A program made the translations under genes and the position numbers. Shown piece after piece: positions 1 through 9,480 of a stretch of 64,000 nucleotides of DNA. Below the pieces are notes generated by a model, which was given only the letters and a program-made list of their open reading frames with translations, was not told the DNA's origin and did not search any database. Each line of letters opens with the position of its first letter. The first letter of the stretch is position 1. Origin of the DNA: Candidatus Dojkabacteria bacterium (lineage in GTDB: Bacteria; Patescibacteriota; Dojkabacteria; J137); the NCBI GenBank assembly GCA_030834985.1, contig JAUQWV010000007.1, forward strand, positions 4,321 through 68,320, read 5' to 3'.

Positions 1-440
1 TAGTTTTGATTCTATACATAATATTTAATATAAGTTATGTAACTACGGCAAATCCAATAGGTGCTATTAGCGATAAACTTGGTCATAAAAAATCAATGAT
101 TGCAGGTATGTTGTTCTTTGCTGTGGTATATGGATTATTTGCTTATAATTTAACTCTGCCGATGATAATAATTACATTTATCTGCTGGGGAATTTTCATG
201 ACAATTTACGACAATGTAAGTAAAGCCTGGTTATCTTTATATATTCCTAAAGAGTATAAAGCAACAGGAATTGGCTTACTGGTTACTTTAATGGGAATAG
301 GAACCTTTTTTGGAAATATGATTATGGGCTCTTTGATAGATTCATTTAATTCAAGTGTAGCATTCTCACTAGTGTCGATTGCTAGCTTATTCGTTCTAGC
401 TTACTTCTTGTTCGGTAAATTCAAAGATATAAAAATCTAA
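1..440 (+). CDS. MFS transporter, C-terminal part (5' end outside the window)
   Basis: Multiple TM helices, MFS motif GAISDKLGHK and PKEYKATGIG; the ORF begins at the window edge. Confidence 0.85.
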   Translation, partial: VLILYIIFNISYVTTANPIGAISDKLGHKKSMIAGMLFFAVVYGLFAYNLTLPMIIITFICWGIFMTIYDNVSKAWLSLYIPKEYKATGIGLLVTLMGIGTFFGNMIMGSLIDSFNSSVAFSLVSIASLFVLAYFLFGKFKDIKI

Positions 441-461
441 GAACTGAAGAATAGAGTAAGT

Positions 462-479
462 GGGGGCTTTTCAGCCCCC
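462..479 (-). terminator. GC hairpin at the stop of the small gene (GGGGGCT-GAAA-AGCCCCC on the minus strand)
   Basis: 7-bp stem 462-468/473-479 overlapping the TGA, between convergent genes; weak U-tract. Confidence 0.55.
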
Positions 480-749
480 CGCTCTAGCACGGTGTCGTCG
501 CGCATTCTCTGCGTTTGCGCGTCGTACTTTCGTGTCGAGCTTCCATAGTGGGCGGGCTAACAAGATCTGTACCGCGATAAAGCCATCCCAAAAGGCAAGG
601 GACAACTCCCATCGTTGGTCCATCCAATTATGGACCATTATTATTGGTGCTACCACCAGTAATAAAAGGTTCGGCCAGCTCAAGTACATCCACGCCGTAA
701 ACAATAAGAAAGAGGCTACTATTTTAACGATTTTGATTAACCGCTTCAT
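471..749 (-). CDS. Small orphan membrane protein, 92 aa, GC-rich
   Basis: SD AGGAGGTG at 759-752, extended -10 TGTTAAAAT upstream, hydrophobic segments, basic C-terminus. Confidence 0.75.
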   Translation of the reverse strand: MKRLIKIVKIVASFLLFTAWMYLSWPNLLLLVVAPIIMVHNWMDQRWELSLAFWDGFIAVQILLARPLWKLDTKVRRANAENARRHRARAGG

Positions 750-848
750 GACACCTCCTGTTTATCGTTATCTGATTTTAACATGATTAATTGACTTGGC
801 TTTAAATAAGTTTTAAACTCAGAATATTAAATTGTTAGAAATATAAAT

Positions 849-1397
849 ATGAGCGAAGTTAGTCCTGCGGTGGCACCTTCGGCACCTTTAGCGCCTTCTG
901 CTCCTTCAGCAGAGCTTTTTCCTAAACCAGTAGTTAAGGGAGGAATAACATTTGGAGCAGTTTCAGCTGTTTTAAACTTTCTAGGTATTATTCCTGTATT
1001 AGGCTTCTTTTTTGGCCTACTTAATTGGTTAGTTGGCATTATGGCTGGTTATACAGTAGTTTACGCAACAAATGGTAAAAAAGAGAATTTAGGTGATGTA
1101 ATAAAGAACTCTGTTGTAACAGGAGTAATAGCTGGTCTTGTCTCTGGCGTAGCTAGCGGATTAGCTTCAATTATTAATGGATTATTTATTTCAAGAATAA
1201 GCTTTTTTGGAGTTTACTATACTCCAGGCTTAGCAGACTTTATCTCTTGGTTCTTTGGAGCATTAGTGTGGTCTGTAGTTGGAATGGTAATTTGGAGTGT
1301 TATTGGAGGAATTATTGTAGTGTATTATGAGCCATCCAAACTCCCTGAATCATTAAGAGTTCAGATAGATAAATTAAAAGCTTTTGTAACTAAATAA
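849..1397 (+). CDS. Hypothetical integral membrane protein with an Ala/Pro-rich N-terminus
   Basis: 182-aa ORF, about 4 Gly-rich TM helices, AT-rich codon usage like its neighbours. Confidence 0.8.
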   Translation: MSEVSPAVAPSAPLAPSAPSAELFPKPVVKGGITFGAVSAVLNFLGIIPVLGFFFGLLNWLVGIMAGYTVVYATNGKKENLGDVIKNSVVTGVIAGLVSGVASGLASIINGLFISRISFFGVYYTPGLADFISWFFGALVWSVVGMVIWSVIGGIIVVYYEPSKLPESLRVQIDKLKAFVTK

Positions 1398-1448
1398 AAA
1401 TAGAAAGTCTGTAAAGATTTTGTAAAGTAAAAAAGATAGCATTTCGAT

Positions 1449-3227
1449 ATGAAAGCTATCTTTTTTATTATCTTACTAACAGCACTTTGCTTTTTAATGC
1501 CGGTACCTTTGTTGTTTAGTTCTGGTATAAATAATATTGAAATTACAGAAGTATTACCCGATGCTGTTGGTGCAGATGGCGGTAAAGAATACTTTGAAAT
1601 ATTCAATAATAACTTTACCGCCGTCACATTAAACGGCTGGTACATAACTAATTCAAATCAAAGCGGTAGCTCTAAAAGAATAAACCTGCCTCAATTAACT
1701 ATCAATGCGCTTGGGTATTTTGTGATTGCAGAGGATCTGTCACTTCTTGGATTAAGTAATAATGTGGGCATTAGTCTTGGTTCAGCAAAATTAGCGCTAT
1801 ATAATGATTTTGGTCAAGTTAATTTATTTAATTCCGCTGGACTTTTACAGTCGGAGTTTAATTATGGTGATTCAAAAGAAGGCGTAAGCTGGGAATTAGA
1901 TGGCCCCCTGTGTAGTAAGATTGTTCAATCTGTAAATAATACAGCCGGCCAGCACAATGGAAACTTTTCAAGTGACTGCTGGCCGGCTCCAGGAGAAGCT
2001 AATAGTCCATCTGTACCTAATTCGTATCCATCAACTCCAATAGATGATAATAGTAGTGAAATATCAAAAGATATTTTAATTTCAGAAGTTTATCCAAGTC
2101 CTGCTGCTGGTGATAAAGAATGGATAGAGATTTTTAATTACGGTAGCTCTTCAATTAATTTGAAAGACTATTTTATTGAAGAGAAAACTTCTTCAGGGAT
2201 ATCAAATCGTAAAAGCAAGCTGAAAGATCAGATAATAGAACCAAATACTCATTATGTTTTATACGGTAATGAGTTTAGTATAAGTTTAAATAATTCTGGT
2301 GATTCAGTTTATATATTTGATATTAATGGCAACTTAATAGATGAATTTACTTATTTAGAAACGACAAAATCAAAATCAGCCGGGAGACAGTACACAAATA
2401 ATGAATACAGTGTGAATGTAATAAAAGATTTAACTCCAACTCCGCTTGATTTTAACAAGCCTAAATTGTCTGCTACTATTAACGCTATTGCAGATATTCC
2501 AGTTGTACAGTTAAGCCAAATTCAAGATCTAAAATCAGGGCTAAATGTAATTTTATATGTACAAATAAACAACTTTATTGATAAGAGCGTCTTTTTAGAA
2601 GATAGTGGTGGTGCAATGAAAGTAAAAGCTACTAATGTATTAGATTTTGACTTAATAAATACCAAAGTTAAACTTGCTGCTAAAATTACATCATCAAGTG
2701 GTATTAAAAATTTACTAGTCGATACTACAACAATTGAAATTATTGAATTTGTAACTCCACAATATTTGATTTTTGATCCCAACAATCCGGATAGTTTATC
2801 AATTGCAAAGCAAGCAAAGTTGGAAGGTACAGTTGCAGAGGTTTATTCAAATAGAATACGTTTAAATATTTCTGGTAAATTAGTTAGTATTTATACTAAC
2901 GGCTTAATAGTATTTGGAAATGACTTAAAGAATAAAAAGGTTGAAGTATATGGCACTATAGATTTTTACAGAAACACTTACCGTATTATTGCTTCAGATA
3001 TCATAGCGCCTGAGGTGCTAGGTGAACAGCTACCTGCCTCTTATGTATCTCGAGATATAAATCTGCAGTCAAGATTAACCAATGTAGATAGTTCAAATAG
3101 CAATTCAGAAGCTTATCTTGTAATGTTTGGTTATTCTGTTATTGCTTTCATAATTGTTTTGGAAGTAATTAGGAGTCGTAAAAAGATTATTAAATACTTG
3201 AAAGTAAGAACAAAATTTAACTCGTGA
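1449..3227 (+). CDS. Lamin-tail-domain (x2) and OB-fold-like surface protein
   Basis: Signal peptide; two LTD-type motifs (ITEVLPD..GKEYFEIFN and ISEVYPSP..KEWIEIFN..LNNSGDSV); C-terminal TM helix and basic tail. Confidence 0.75.
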   Translation: MKAIFFIILLTALCFLMPVPLLFSSGINNIEITEVLPDAVGADGGKEYFEIFNNNFTAVTLNGWYITNSNQSGSSKRINLPQLTINALGYFVIAEDLSLLGLSNNVGISLGSAKLALYNDFGQVNLFNSAGLLQSEFNYGDSKEGVSWELDGPLCSKIVQSVNNTAGQHNGNFSSDCWPAPGEANSPSVPNSYPSTPIDDNSSEISKDILISEVYPSPAAGDKEWIEIFNYGSSSINLKDYFIEEKTSSGISNRKSKLKDQIIEPNTHYVLYGNEFSISLNNSGDSVYIFDINGNLIDEFTYLETTKSKSAGRQYTNNEYSVNVIKDLTPTPLDFNKPKLSATINAIADIPVVQLSQIQDLKSGLNVILYVQINNFIDKSVFLEDSGGAMKVKATNVLDFDLINTKVKLAAKITSSSGIKNLLVDTTTIEIIEFVTPQYLIFDPNNPDSLSIAKQAKLEGTVAEVYSNRIRLNISGKLVSIYTNGLIVFGNDLKNKKVEVYGTIDFYRNTYRIIASDIIAPEVLGEQLPASYVSRDINLQSRLTNVDSSNSNSEAYLVMFGYSVIAFIIVLEVIRSRKKIIKYLKVRTKFNS

Positions 3228-3240
3228 TAAAATACTAGTC

Positions 3241-3714
3241 ATGGAAATCTATATACAAAATCAAAGGTTTGAATTAGAAATATCAGAAAGAAAATTCCTA
3301 AAGGAAAGAGTTGTGTTAACAACAAATAAAATAGTGATATTTTTATCAGAGGATAGAGTATTGGCTCCTAAAGTAATTTTAAATTCATGGCTTAAAAGTT
3401 ATTCCAAAAGACTAATACTAAAACGTGTGCAGGAACTTGCTGCATTACATAATTTTACTTATAACAGAGTTTCAATAAGAGAGCAAAGTACAAGATGGGG
3501 AAGCTGTTCCAGTGAAAAGAATCTAAATTTTAATTGGAAATTGATTTTAGCGCCACCTGAAATTCTAGATTATGTAATTATTCATGAATTAGCGCATACA
3601 GTTGAACTGAATCACTCTAAGGCATTCTGGAATGTTGTAGAACAAGCAATGCCAAACTATAAAGGATGTCGAATCTGGCTTAGAAAAAATGGAGATTCTT
3701 TAACCATTGATTAA
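3241..3714 (+). CDS. YgjP/DUF45-family metal-dependent hydrolase
   Basis: RWGSCS, DYVIIHELAH and NHSKAFW motifs. Confidence 0.85.
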   Translation: MEIYIQNQRFELEISERKFLKERVVLTTNKIVIFLSEDRVLAPKVILNSWLKSYSKRLILKRVQELAALHNFTYNRVSIREQSTRWGSCSSEKNLNFNWKLILAPPEILDYVIIHELAHTVELNHSKAFWNVVEQAMPNYKGCRIWLRKNGDSLTID

Positions 3715-3726
3715 ATAGAGAAAATG

Positions 3727-3753
3727 AAGAGGCCCGATTTTATCGGGCCTCTT
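3727..3753. terminator. Bidirectional intrinsic terminator
   Basis: 12-bp perfect stem AAGAGGCCCGAT/ATCGGGCCTCTT between convergent genes. Confidence 0.8.
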
Positions 3754-3776
3754 AAATTCATTAATATTTACCAGTT

Positions 3777-5993
3777 TTATTTCTCAGCCTTTCTTTTTAA
3801 TCTTCTTTCTGCTTTGTCTTCGTAAGAAGCTGAGATAGTTTCTACAAAGCTTGATAATAGATTTCTTCTTCCACTTAATTTAAATGCTCCGTAACCTGCA
3901 ACTATAAATAGTGATCCTATTACTAATAATCTAGCATCATCACCAATTGCTGTTTCTGGTATTGTTGGTATTGTGCTACATCCATTTACACAGGTAGATG
4001 CTGTACATCCATTCAATACACATTTGCCAGCCTGGCATGAGTGGTTGCTTGGGCAGTTTAGATCACTTGAGCAAGGTCCACCACATAATGGAGTACATCC
4101 ATTAGCACAAGTTGTTCCTGTACAGCCGTTCAATGTACATTTGTTTCCTATGCAAGAATGATTACTTGGACATTGTTCGTTAGATGAACAAGTAGCACCG
4201 CAAACCGGTCCAACAGGTGTACAAGAGTTATCAGAGCATGCGCCAGGTGTTAAGCAAGCATCAAGTTTACATATTCCAGCATTACATGTATGGCCAGCTG
4301 CACATAAGTTTGTTTCATTACAGCTTGCTCCACAAGCTACTTGTACAGGACAGCTTCCGCCTGCTGCTTGAGCACAATTAGAATTTTCAGACCAGCCCGA
4401 AGGACAACTAGCTCCTTCAAAAGTTTGTTCTTCACAATTATTACCATCTGTTGTTGGAGTGGTACATCTATAACACTGTATTGTTTGTGTGGTTGCACAA
4501 GATAGAGTAGTTACTGTTGATACATTGCTATATAGGTTAGAAATGGCACTGTATGCAACTCTAACATAGTAAGTTCTTGTTGGTTCTAATGTTAAGGGTG
4601 TATCATTTGCGACTCTAGTGAATCCATTAGGTGCAGTTGTTTGATTAACATTATTTGTTTGCTTGTGATAGAAGTTTGGACTTGTAAATGCACTTGTTTC
4701 GCTAATATCAACATAATATTGTCGATTATCACCTGTAATTGAGTTCCAAGAAATTGTTAATTGATTACTACCGTCTACACAGGATGCACTAGCGTTTACG
4801 GTAGGTGTTTCAACTGCACATGCTCCTCCAGGTGCTGCTGTTGCACAATTTGAATTAGTGGTCCAACCTGATGGGCAACTTGTACCTTGAACCGTTTGAG
4901 ATTCGCAAGCATTTCCATCTGTAGTTCCAGTAGTACATCTGTAGCATGTTGTTTGCTCCTGCTGTACAGGACAGCTTCCGCCCGCTGCTTGAGCACAATT
5001 TGAGTTAGTAGTCCAACCCGATGGACAACTAGCTCCCTCAAAATCTTGAGCTTCACAAGCGTTTCCATCTGTATTTGAAGTAGTACATCTATAACATGTT
5101 GTTGTTTGGACTATCATATTACATAGTTGTTGAATTTCAGCTGGTGTTGGGTTTCGACCTTGATATAGCACATAGCTATTTCCTTGGTCTCTACTTACAC
5201 ATTTAGCAGTTGTTAATTGAGCTGCGCCAGGCCCAACGGTAGGAACACAATATGTTGTATTAGTACCACTTGGATTACTTACATTACATGCTGGTCCTAC
5301 AATATATCTACATACAGATTTTCCATCACCGCATAAACCAACACTGGCATTACATGTTTGACCACAAGTTCTTCCTGCAGCACAATCACAGTTTGCACCA
5401 GGAATTGTCTGTCCAACAGGACATAATGCATTTGCACATCTTTTTACTCCGCTTCCTTCATCTCTACATACAACTGTTCCTCCATTTGCAGCAGGATAAC
5501 AATCTGCTGTAGTATTACATAAGCCACCGCATCTTACTTGACCAGTAGTTGGAGGTTGTGTGCTTGTACAATCTCCAGTGTAATAAACAAAGAAGTCTTT
5601 TAAACCGCTAAAATTTGCTCCCTCGAATACATCTATTTGAACAGTAACACCACACCGCTCGCCACCTAATGATTGCGAACTGCTAGGTCCATGTTGCTCA
5701 ACAGGCGTTGCACCGGAGCCACCGCACTGATTATGTCTTCCATTACAAATAAATTTATAAACATATGCACCAGAACAACTTCCTTGTGTACAACCTCGAC
5801 ATTGAGGATCTCTATTACTCCAGCTTGCATTGTTAGTTCCACAAACATTGGTATAACCTGCACCTGTAGCCGCACCTGTTTCTGTTGGTGCTTGACTTTC
5901 TTGAAGCCTAACAGTTACATAAATACTGATTCCTGCTAAAACAACAGTTAATAAGATTAAAATCGCTAACGTGAGTTTTTTTCTGCTAGACAT
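3777..5993 (-). CDS. Cysteine-rich repeat surface protein with an FN3-like domain and an IPETA-TM-basic C-terminus
   Basis: N-terminal hydrophobic helix after MSSRKK, three CYRCTT..TDGN.CE..SCPSGW repeats, FN3-like motif (LTISW..YYV..LEPTRTYYVRV), CG..C....C repeats; start set at ATG 5993. Confidence 0.8.
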   Translation of the reverse strand: MSSRKKLTLAILILLTVVLAGISIYVTVRLQESQAPTETGAATGAGYTNVCGTNNASWSNRDPQCRGCTQGSCSGAYVYKFICNGRHNQCGGSGATPVEQHGPSSSQSLGGERCGVTVQIDVFEGANFSGLKDFFVYYTGDCTSTQPPTTGQVRCGGLCNTTADCYPAANGGTVVCRDEGSGVKRCANALCPVGQTIPGANCDCAAGRTCGQTCNASVGLCGDGKSVCRYIVGPACNVSNPSGTNTTYCVPTVGPGAAQLTTAKCVSRDQGNSYVLYQGRNPTPAEIQQLCNMIVQTTTCYRCTTSNTDGNACEAQDFEGASCPSGWTTNSNCAQAAGGSCPVQQEQTTCYRCTTGTTDGNACESQTVQGTSCPSGWTTNSNCATAAPGGACAVETPTVNASASCVDGSNQLTISWNSITGDNRQYYVDISETSAFTSPNFYHKQTNNVNQTTAPNGFTRVANDTPLTLEPTRTYYVRVAYSAISNLYSNVSTVTTLSCATTQTIQCYRCTTPTTDGNNCEEQTFEGASCPSGWSENSNCAQAAGGSCPVQVACGASCNETNLCAAGHTCNAGICKLDACLTPGACSDNSCTPVGPVCGATCSSNEQCPSNHSCIGNKCTLNGCTGTTCANGCTPLCGGPCSSDLNCPSNHSCQAGKCVLNGCTASTCVNGCSTIPTIPETAIGDDARLLVIGSLFIVAGYGAFKLSGRRNLLSSFVETISASYEDKAERRLKRKAEK
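4341..5100 (-). repeat. Three intragenic copies of a Cys-rich repeat of about 45 aa
   Basis: Copies begin near 5096, 4946 and 4475; DNA 4342-4379 and 4963-5000 match at 37 of 38 nt. Confidence 0.85.
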
Positions 5994-6047
5994 AAAAATC
6001 CCTTCCAAAAGTAATTTAAACTAGTATTTCAAAAATTAGAATGCATG

Positions 6048-7181
6048 TCAATTTCTAAAATTCTTAATTATTTTTTCTACCTGTTTTTTCCCGATTTCAA
6101 ATCTGAAAAATATTACAGCCAAAATTATAAAAGTAATTCCGATTGTTAAGAATGTTAAATTATCCGTTGCTGCTGTATTAGGTAACTGTCCGGCAGCTCC
6201 TTGTCCATTTGCCTGATTTGGTGTTGTTCCGGTTGTAGTAATTGTGCAAGAGTGTTTTCCTATTAATTCAAAAGAGTTAGCATTATTTTCAGAAACGCTA
6301 GTATCGTAAATAACAGTTGATGTTGTATTGATTCCATTTTGAAAAGTTTCAAGCAGATTAATTGGAATTCTAATTTCGTAATTATAGTTTTTTGATTGTC
6401 CTGATGCGAAAGTACGCTCAGAATCACTTCCTAGCCAGGTAATTCTATTATTACTGAATGTTCCGCCAACACTTACAGTAGTAGGGCTAATTGACTGTAG
6501 ATTAGTATTAAATGTTTCTGTAACTCTATTTATAGTCCCACTTACAGTACTTGTATTAGTTACTGTAACTCTATATCTCAATAGCGCAGTACCATTTGAT
6601 TCGCAAGATGGTGTTACAGAATTTATTATTGAAAATTGTGGCTGGGCAATTTGAATTCCGCCGTTATCTGTTCCAGGTTCTGTGGTATCATCGGGCGCTT
6701 GCGGAGTTTGAGATTGTGGAAACGATAATGGCGGTGTAGTTGTGCAGGCTGTTGCGAATCTTCTAACAGTAGTTCCGCAAGCGCCTAAGGACTTAACGCC
6801 AGAGTTTTCTAATTCTAAATAAAGCTGAATTGTGCCGCAGCTTACATTTTGCAAATAGTCATTTAAGTTTATAGATTGTCCGGCACTCAAGGGACTGCCA
6901 GAAATCTCAATCGGAGTACTACTTATGCATTTTTCACTATCATTTTTTACATCATTACAAAAGTGTACAAAGGCTCTGGCCGGATCGCATACTCCTTCAG
7001 AAACAGTACAAGTATTGGTTAAGTTATCACAATTTGATAAAACAGTAGGAATTTGGGTATCAGTTTGAGTATCTACCGTATCACTTTTTCCTAAAGATAA
7101 CGCTATTAATATTGTAAGCACTGCCAAAATGACAGTAGCAATAATAAGTAATGCAATTATCAGTTTTTTTCTATTAGACAT
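6048..7181 (-). CDS. Surface protein with a Cys-containing domain, an Ig/DUF11-like domain and an LPNTA-TM-basic C-terminus
   Basis: MSNRKK plus hydrophobic helix, LRYRVTVTNTS..ITW..YNYEI Ig-like motif, LPNTA followed by a TM helix; start set at ATG 7181. Confidence 0.75.
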   Translation of the reverse strand: MSNRKKLIIALLIIATVILAVLTILIALSLGKSDTVDTQTDTQIPTVLSNCDNLTNTCTVSEGVCDPARAFVHFCNDVKNDSEKCISSTPIEISGSPLSAGQSINLNDYLQNVSCGTIQLYLELENSGVKSLGACGTTVRRFATACTTTPPLSFPQSQTPQAPDDTTEPGTDNGGIQIAQPQFSIINSVTPSCESNGTALLRYRVTVTNTSTVSGTINRVTETFNTNLQSISPTTVSVGGTFSNNRITWLGSDSERTFASGQSKNYNYEIRIPINLLETFQNGINTTSTVIYDTSVSENNANSFELIGKHSCTITTTGTTPNQANGQGAAGQLPNTAATDNLTFLTIGITFIILAVIFFRFEIGKKQVEKIIKNFRN

Positions 7182-7260
7182 TGAGAAGATTGCTAAACAA
7201 TAAAGTATTGCAAAAATATAACTGGGTGTCAAAATACAGCTCCTCTGTTAAAATTATCCC

Positions 7261-8007
7261 ATGCTTAAAATAAATGATCTAAAAATAACCCTAACTGAAG
7301 ATAAAAAAGAGATAGTTCATGGGGTTAACTTAACCATCAATCCAGGCGAAGTACATCTATTAAATGGGAATAATGGATCGGGAAAAAGTACATTGGTCAA
7401 TGCTTTAATGGGTAATCCAATGTTTGAGATAACCTCTGGAAGTGTAGAGCTGTTAGATGAAGAAATACCTCCTTTTATATTAGAAAAAATTGATGAGGAA
7501 GCTGTACAGGGTAACAAGATAGTTCTTTCGGAGATTGACCCAAATGAAAGATCTTTATTAGGTTTATTTTTGGCTAATCAGTATCCGGTTGAAATACCTG
7601 GGGTCAATTTAATGAATTATTTAAGGCTTATTTATAACTCCAGAAGGCCAAAAGAGGTGCAAGCATCAGTTTTTAAATTTAAAAAACTAGTTGAAGAAAA
7701 AGCAAAAGTAATTAACTATCCTAAGCATTTGCTTACAAGAAATTTGAATGAAGGTTTTTCTGGTGGTGAAAAAAAGAAAACAGAGATACTCCAAATGCTG
7801 GTTCTGGAACCTAAATATATTATGCTAGATGAAATTGACTCTGGATTGGATAGAAACTCAGTAAAGGAAGTTTTTAGCGGACTTGCAGAGTTTAAAAAAG
7901 CTCTTCCAAAAACTTCCTTAATAATCATCACTCACTACGATAGGGTTCAGGAATATATAAAGCCTGATTTTATACATGAAATGAAAGACGGAAACTTAGT
8001 AGTTTAG
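7261..8007 (+). CDS. sufC: Fe-S cluster assembly ATPase SufC
   Basis: GNNGSGKST, LANQYPVEIPGV, LNEGFSGGEKKK, LDEIDSGLD and ITHY motifs. Confidence 0.9.
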   Translation: MLKINDLKITLTEDKKEIVHGVNLTINPGEVHLLNGNNGSGKSTLVNALMGNPMFEITSGSVELLDEEIPPFILEKIDEEAVQGNKIVLSEIDPNERSLLGLFLANQYPVEIPGVNLMNYLRLIYNSRRPKEVQASVFKFKKLVEEKAKVINYPKHLLTRNLNEGFSGGEKKKTEILQMLVLEPKYIMLDEIDSGLDRNSVKEVFSGLAEFKKALPKTSLIIITHYDRVQEYIKPDFIHEMKDGNLVV

Positions 8008-8010
8008 CAC

Positions 8011-8039
8011 TTGATTTGAAAAAGCAAGGCACTTATACT
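8011..8039 (+). promoter_or_regulatory. Sigma70-type promoter
   Basis: TTGATT-17 bp-TATACT upstream of the ORF at 8080. Confidence 0.6.
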
Positions 8040-8079
8040 ACGTATAGCACTTTTTTAACTTTTTTTATTTTGTATCTTT

Positions 8080-9405
8080 ATGGCACCTCGAAAAAAAGAA
8101 GCGCCAGTGGATTCTGCTCGAATTGAAGAATCTCCATTGTTGGCGTCACGGCCTACCCTAAGGTCAAGCACAGTAGATCCAGCTAAACTGGATAGAACAA
8201 GATTTACTGAAATCAGAGAAATGGAATCTGATGGCAGTTCTCTTAGAATTATCATATTTATTGCTGTAATTATTGTAGTAGGAGTAGCAGCAGCATTATT
8301 TGTAAGAAATGCTGTTATGAACTCACAAAATGCAACTACTGACGATACTTCTAATACAACTAATACTACTCAGCAAGATTCGACTATTACAGCATTAACT
8401 GTTTCAAAGACACCGCTAGCAGACTCATCTGCAGTTAACGTTGTAAAAAACGAAGATTATGTTGATTCAGCAATTGTAAATTTAGGCGATTCAACTGCTA
8501 CATCTGCACAGACATCATTAGATAAGATTACATATATTCGTTATACAACTTTTGCAAGACTTACCTTTGATTTAAATACATCCGATAAGAAACTACCTAA
8601 AACAACAGTAAATTTTGATTCAGTAGGTAATAAAATGACTGTTGTAGTAGAAAATTTAGGTACAGTAGCTCAAAGTCTTCAGCAGGATTTGCCAATAGGC
8701 GATATTGTGGATGAAATTAGGTTTGTTGAAACAAACAATAGCTTTGTGATTATGTTTAAGGATACTGTTAAATACAATGTTAAAAAAGAAGGTGATAATC
8801 TAGTATTTAACTTTAAAACATCTACAGAATTAGCTAAACCAGATACATCAACAGCTCAGCAACCTGAAGAAGAAGAAGAGGAAACACCAGCTCCTCCAAC
8901 AAATACTGGATCTTCAACCTCTGATGCCAACAAACCAGTTGCACCACATTTTGATAACCAGTTCTCACAAAACAAGCAATATGTTGTAAGTAATGTGAAT
9001 ACAAATAAATTAGCTCATAATGTCTATTACTTTGATAATTACGGCAGCTCTTGGGAATTTTCATGGGCTCAAAGAAATGTAATTGGTGATAGCAATGTTC
9101 CTAATGCAACTGCATATTATGATACATCAACAGCAGGAAAAACATACTTAATTGTTGAAGTTCAGAATCTAACACAAGAAGTTCTAACCGCAAACGGAGT
9201 AGAGAGTTTATCTTTAAGTGATATTGAAGCAAAGACAGGTGCTACAACAGCAGGCTCAACGTTGGTAAAAGTAGAGCTGCTATCATTTGAAGGAGGTACA
9301 GCTAAGTACAGATTAGAATTATCTAAAAAAACTGACTTTAAGCTTTGGGTAGATAAAACAGTTGATAACCAGACAGGAACAATTAGTGTTACTGTAAAGA
9401 ATTAA
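8080..9405 (+). CDS. Membrane-anchored extracellular protein, possibly with AMIN-like domains
   Basis: One TM helix, Thr/Asn-rich linkers, two beta-rich domains (FARLTFDL). Confidence 0.7.
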   Translation: MAPRKKEAPVDSARIEESPLLASRPTLRSSTVDPAKLDRTRFTEIREMESDGSSLRIIIFIAVIIVVGVAAALFVRNAVMNSQNATTDDTSNTTNTTQQDSTITALTVSKTPLADSSAVNVVKNEDYVDSAIVNLGDSTATSAQTSLDKITYIRYTTFARLTFDLNTSDKKLPKTTVNFDSVGNKMTVVVENLGTVAQSLQQDLPIGDIVDEIRFVETNNSFVIMFKDTVKYNVKKEGDNLVFNFKTSTELAKPDTSTAQQPEEEEEETPAPPTNTGSSTSDANKPVAPHFDNQFSQNKQYVVSNVNTNKLAHNVYYFDNYGSSWEFSWAQRNVIGDSNVPNATAYYDTSTAGKTYLIVEVQNLTQEVLTANGVESLSLSDIEAKTGATTAGSTLVKVELLSFEGGTAKYRLELSKKTDFKLWVDKTVDNQTGTISVTVKN

Positions 9406-9429
9406 AGTTGAAGTAAAGGAAGATTATTT

Positions 9430-9464
9430 AAAGCAGGTTGGCCCACAAGGCCAACCTGCTTTTT
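9430..9464. terminator. Bidirectional intrinsic terminator
   Basis: Stem AAAGCAGGTTGGCC/GGCCAACCTGCTTT followed by T residues, between convergent genes. Confidence 0.85.
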
Positions 9465-9480
9465 ACTTGATTTATCCAGT

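Noticed and set aside
460-786. 108-aa plus-strand ORF
   Set aside because: Antisense shadow of 471-749(-), which has the SD, promoter and TM pattern.
4341-5100. CRISPR array or DGR template/variable repeat
   Set aside because: The repeats are in-frame protein repeats with no spacer structure, no adenine-specific mismatch pattern and no reverse transcriptase nearby.
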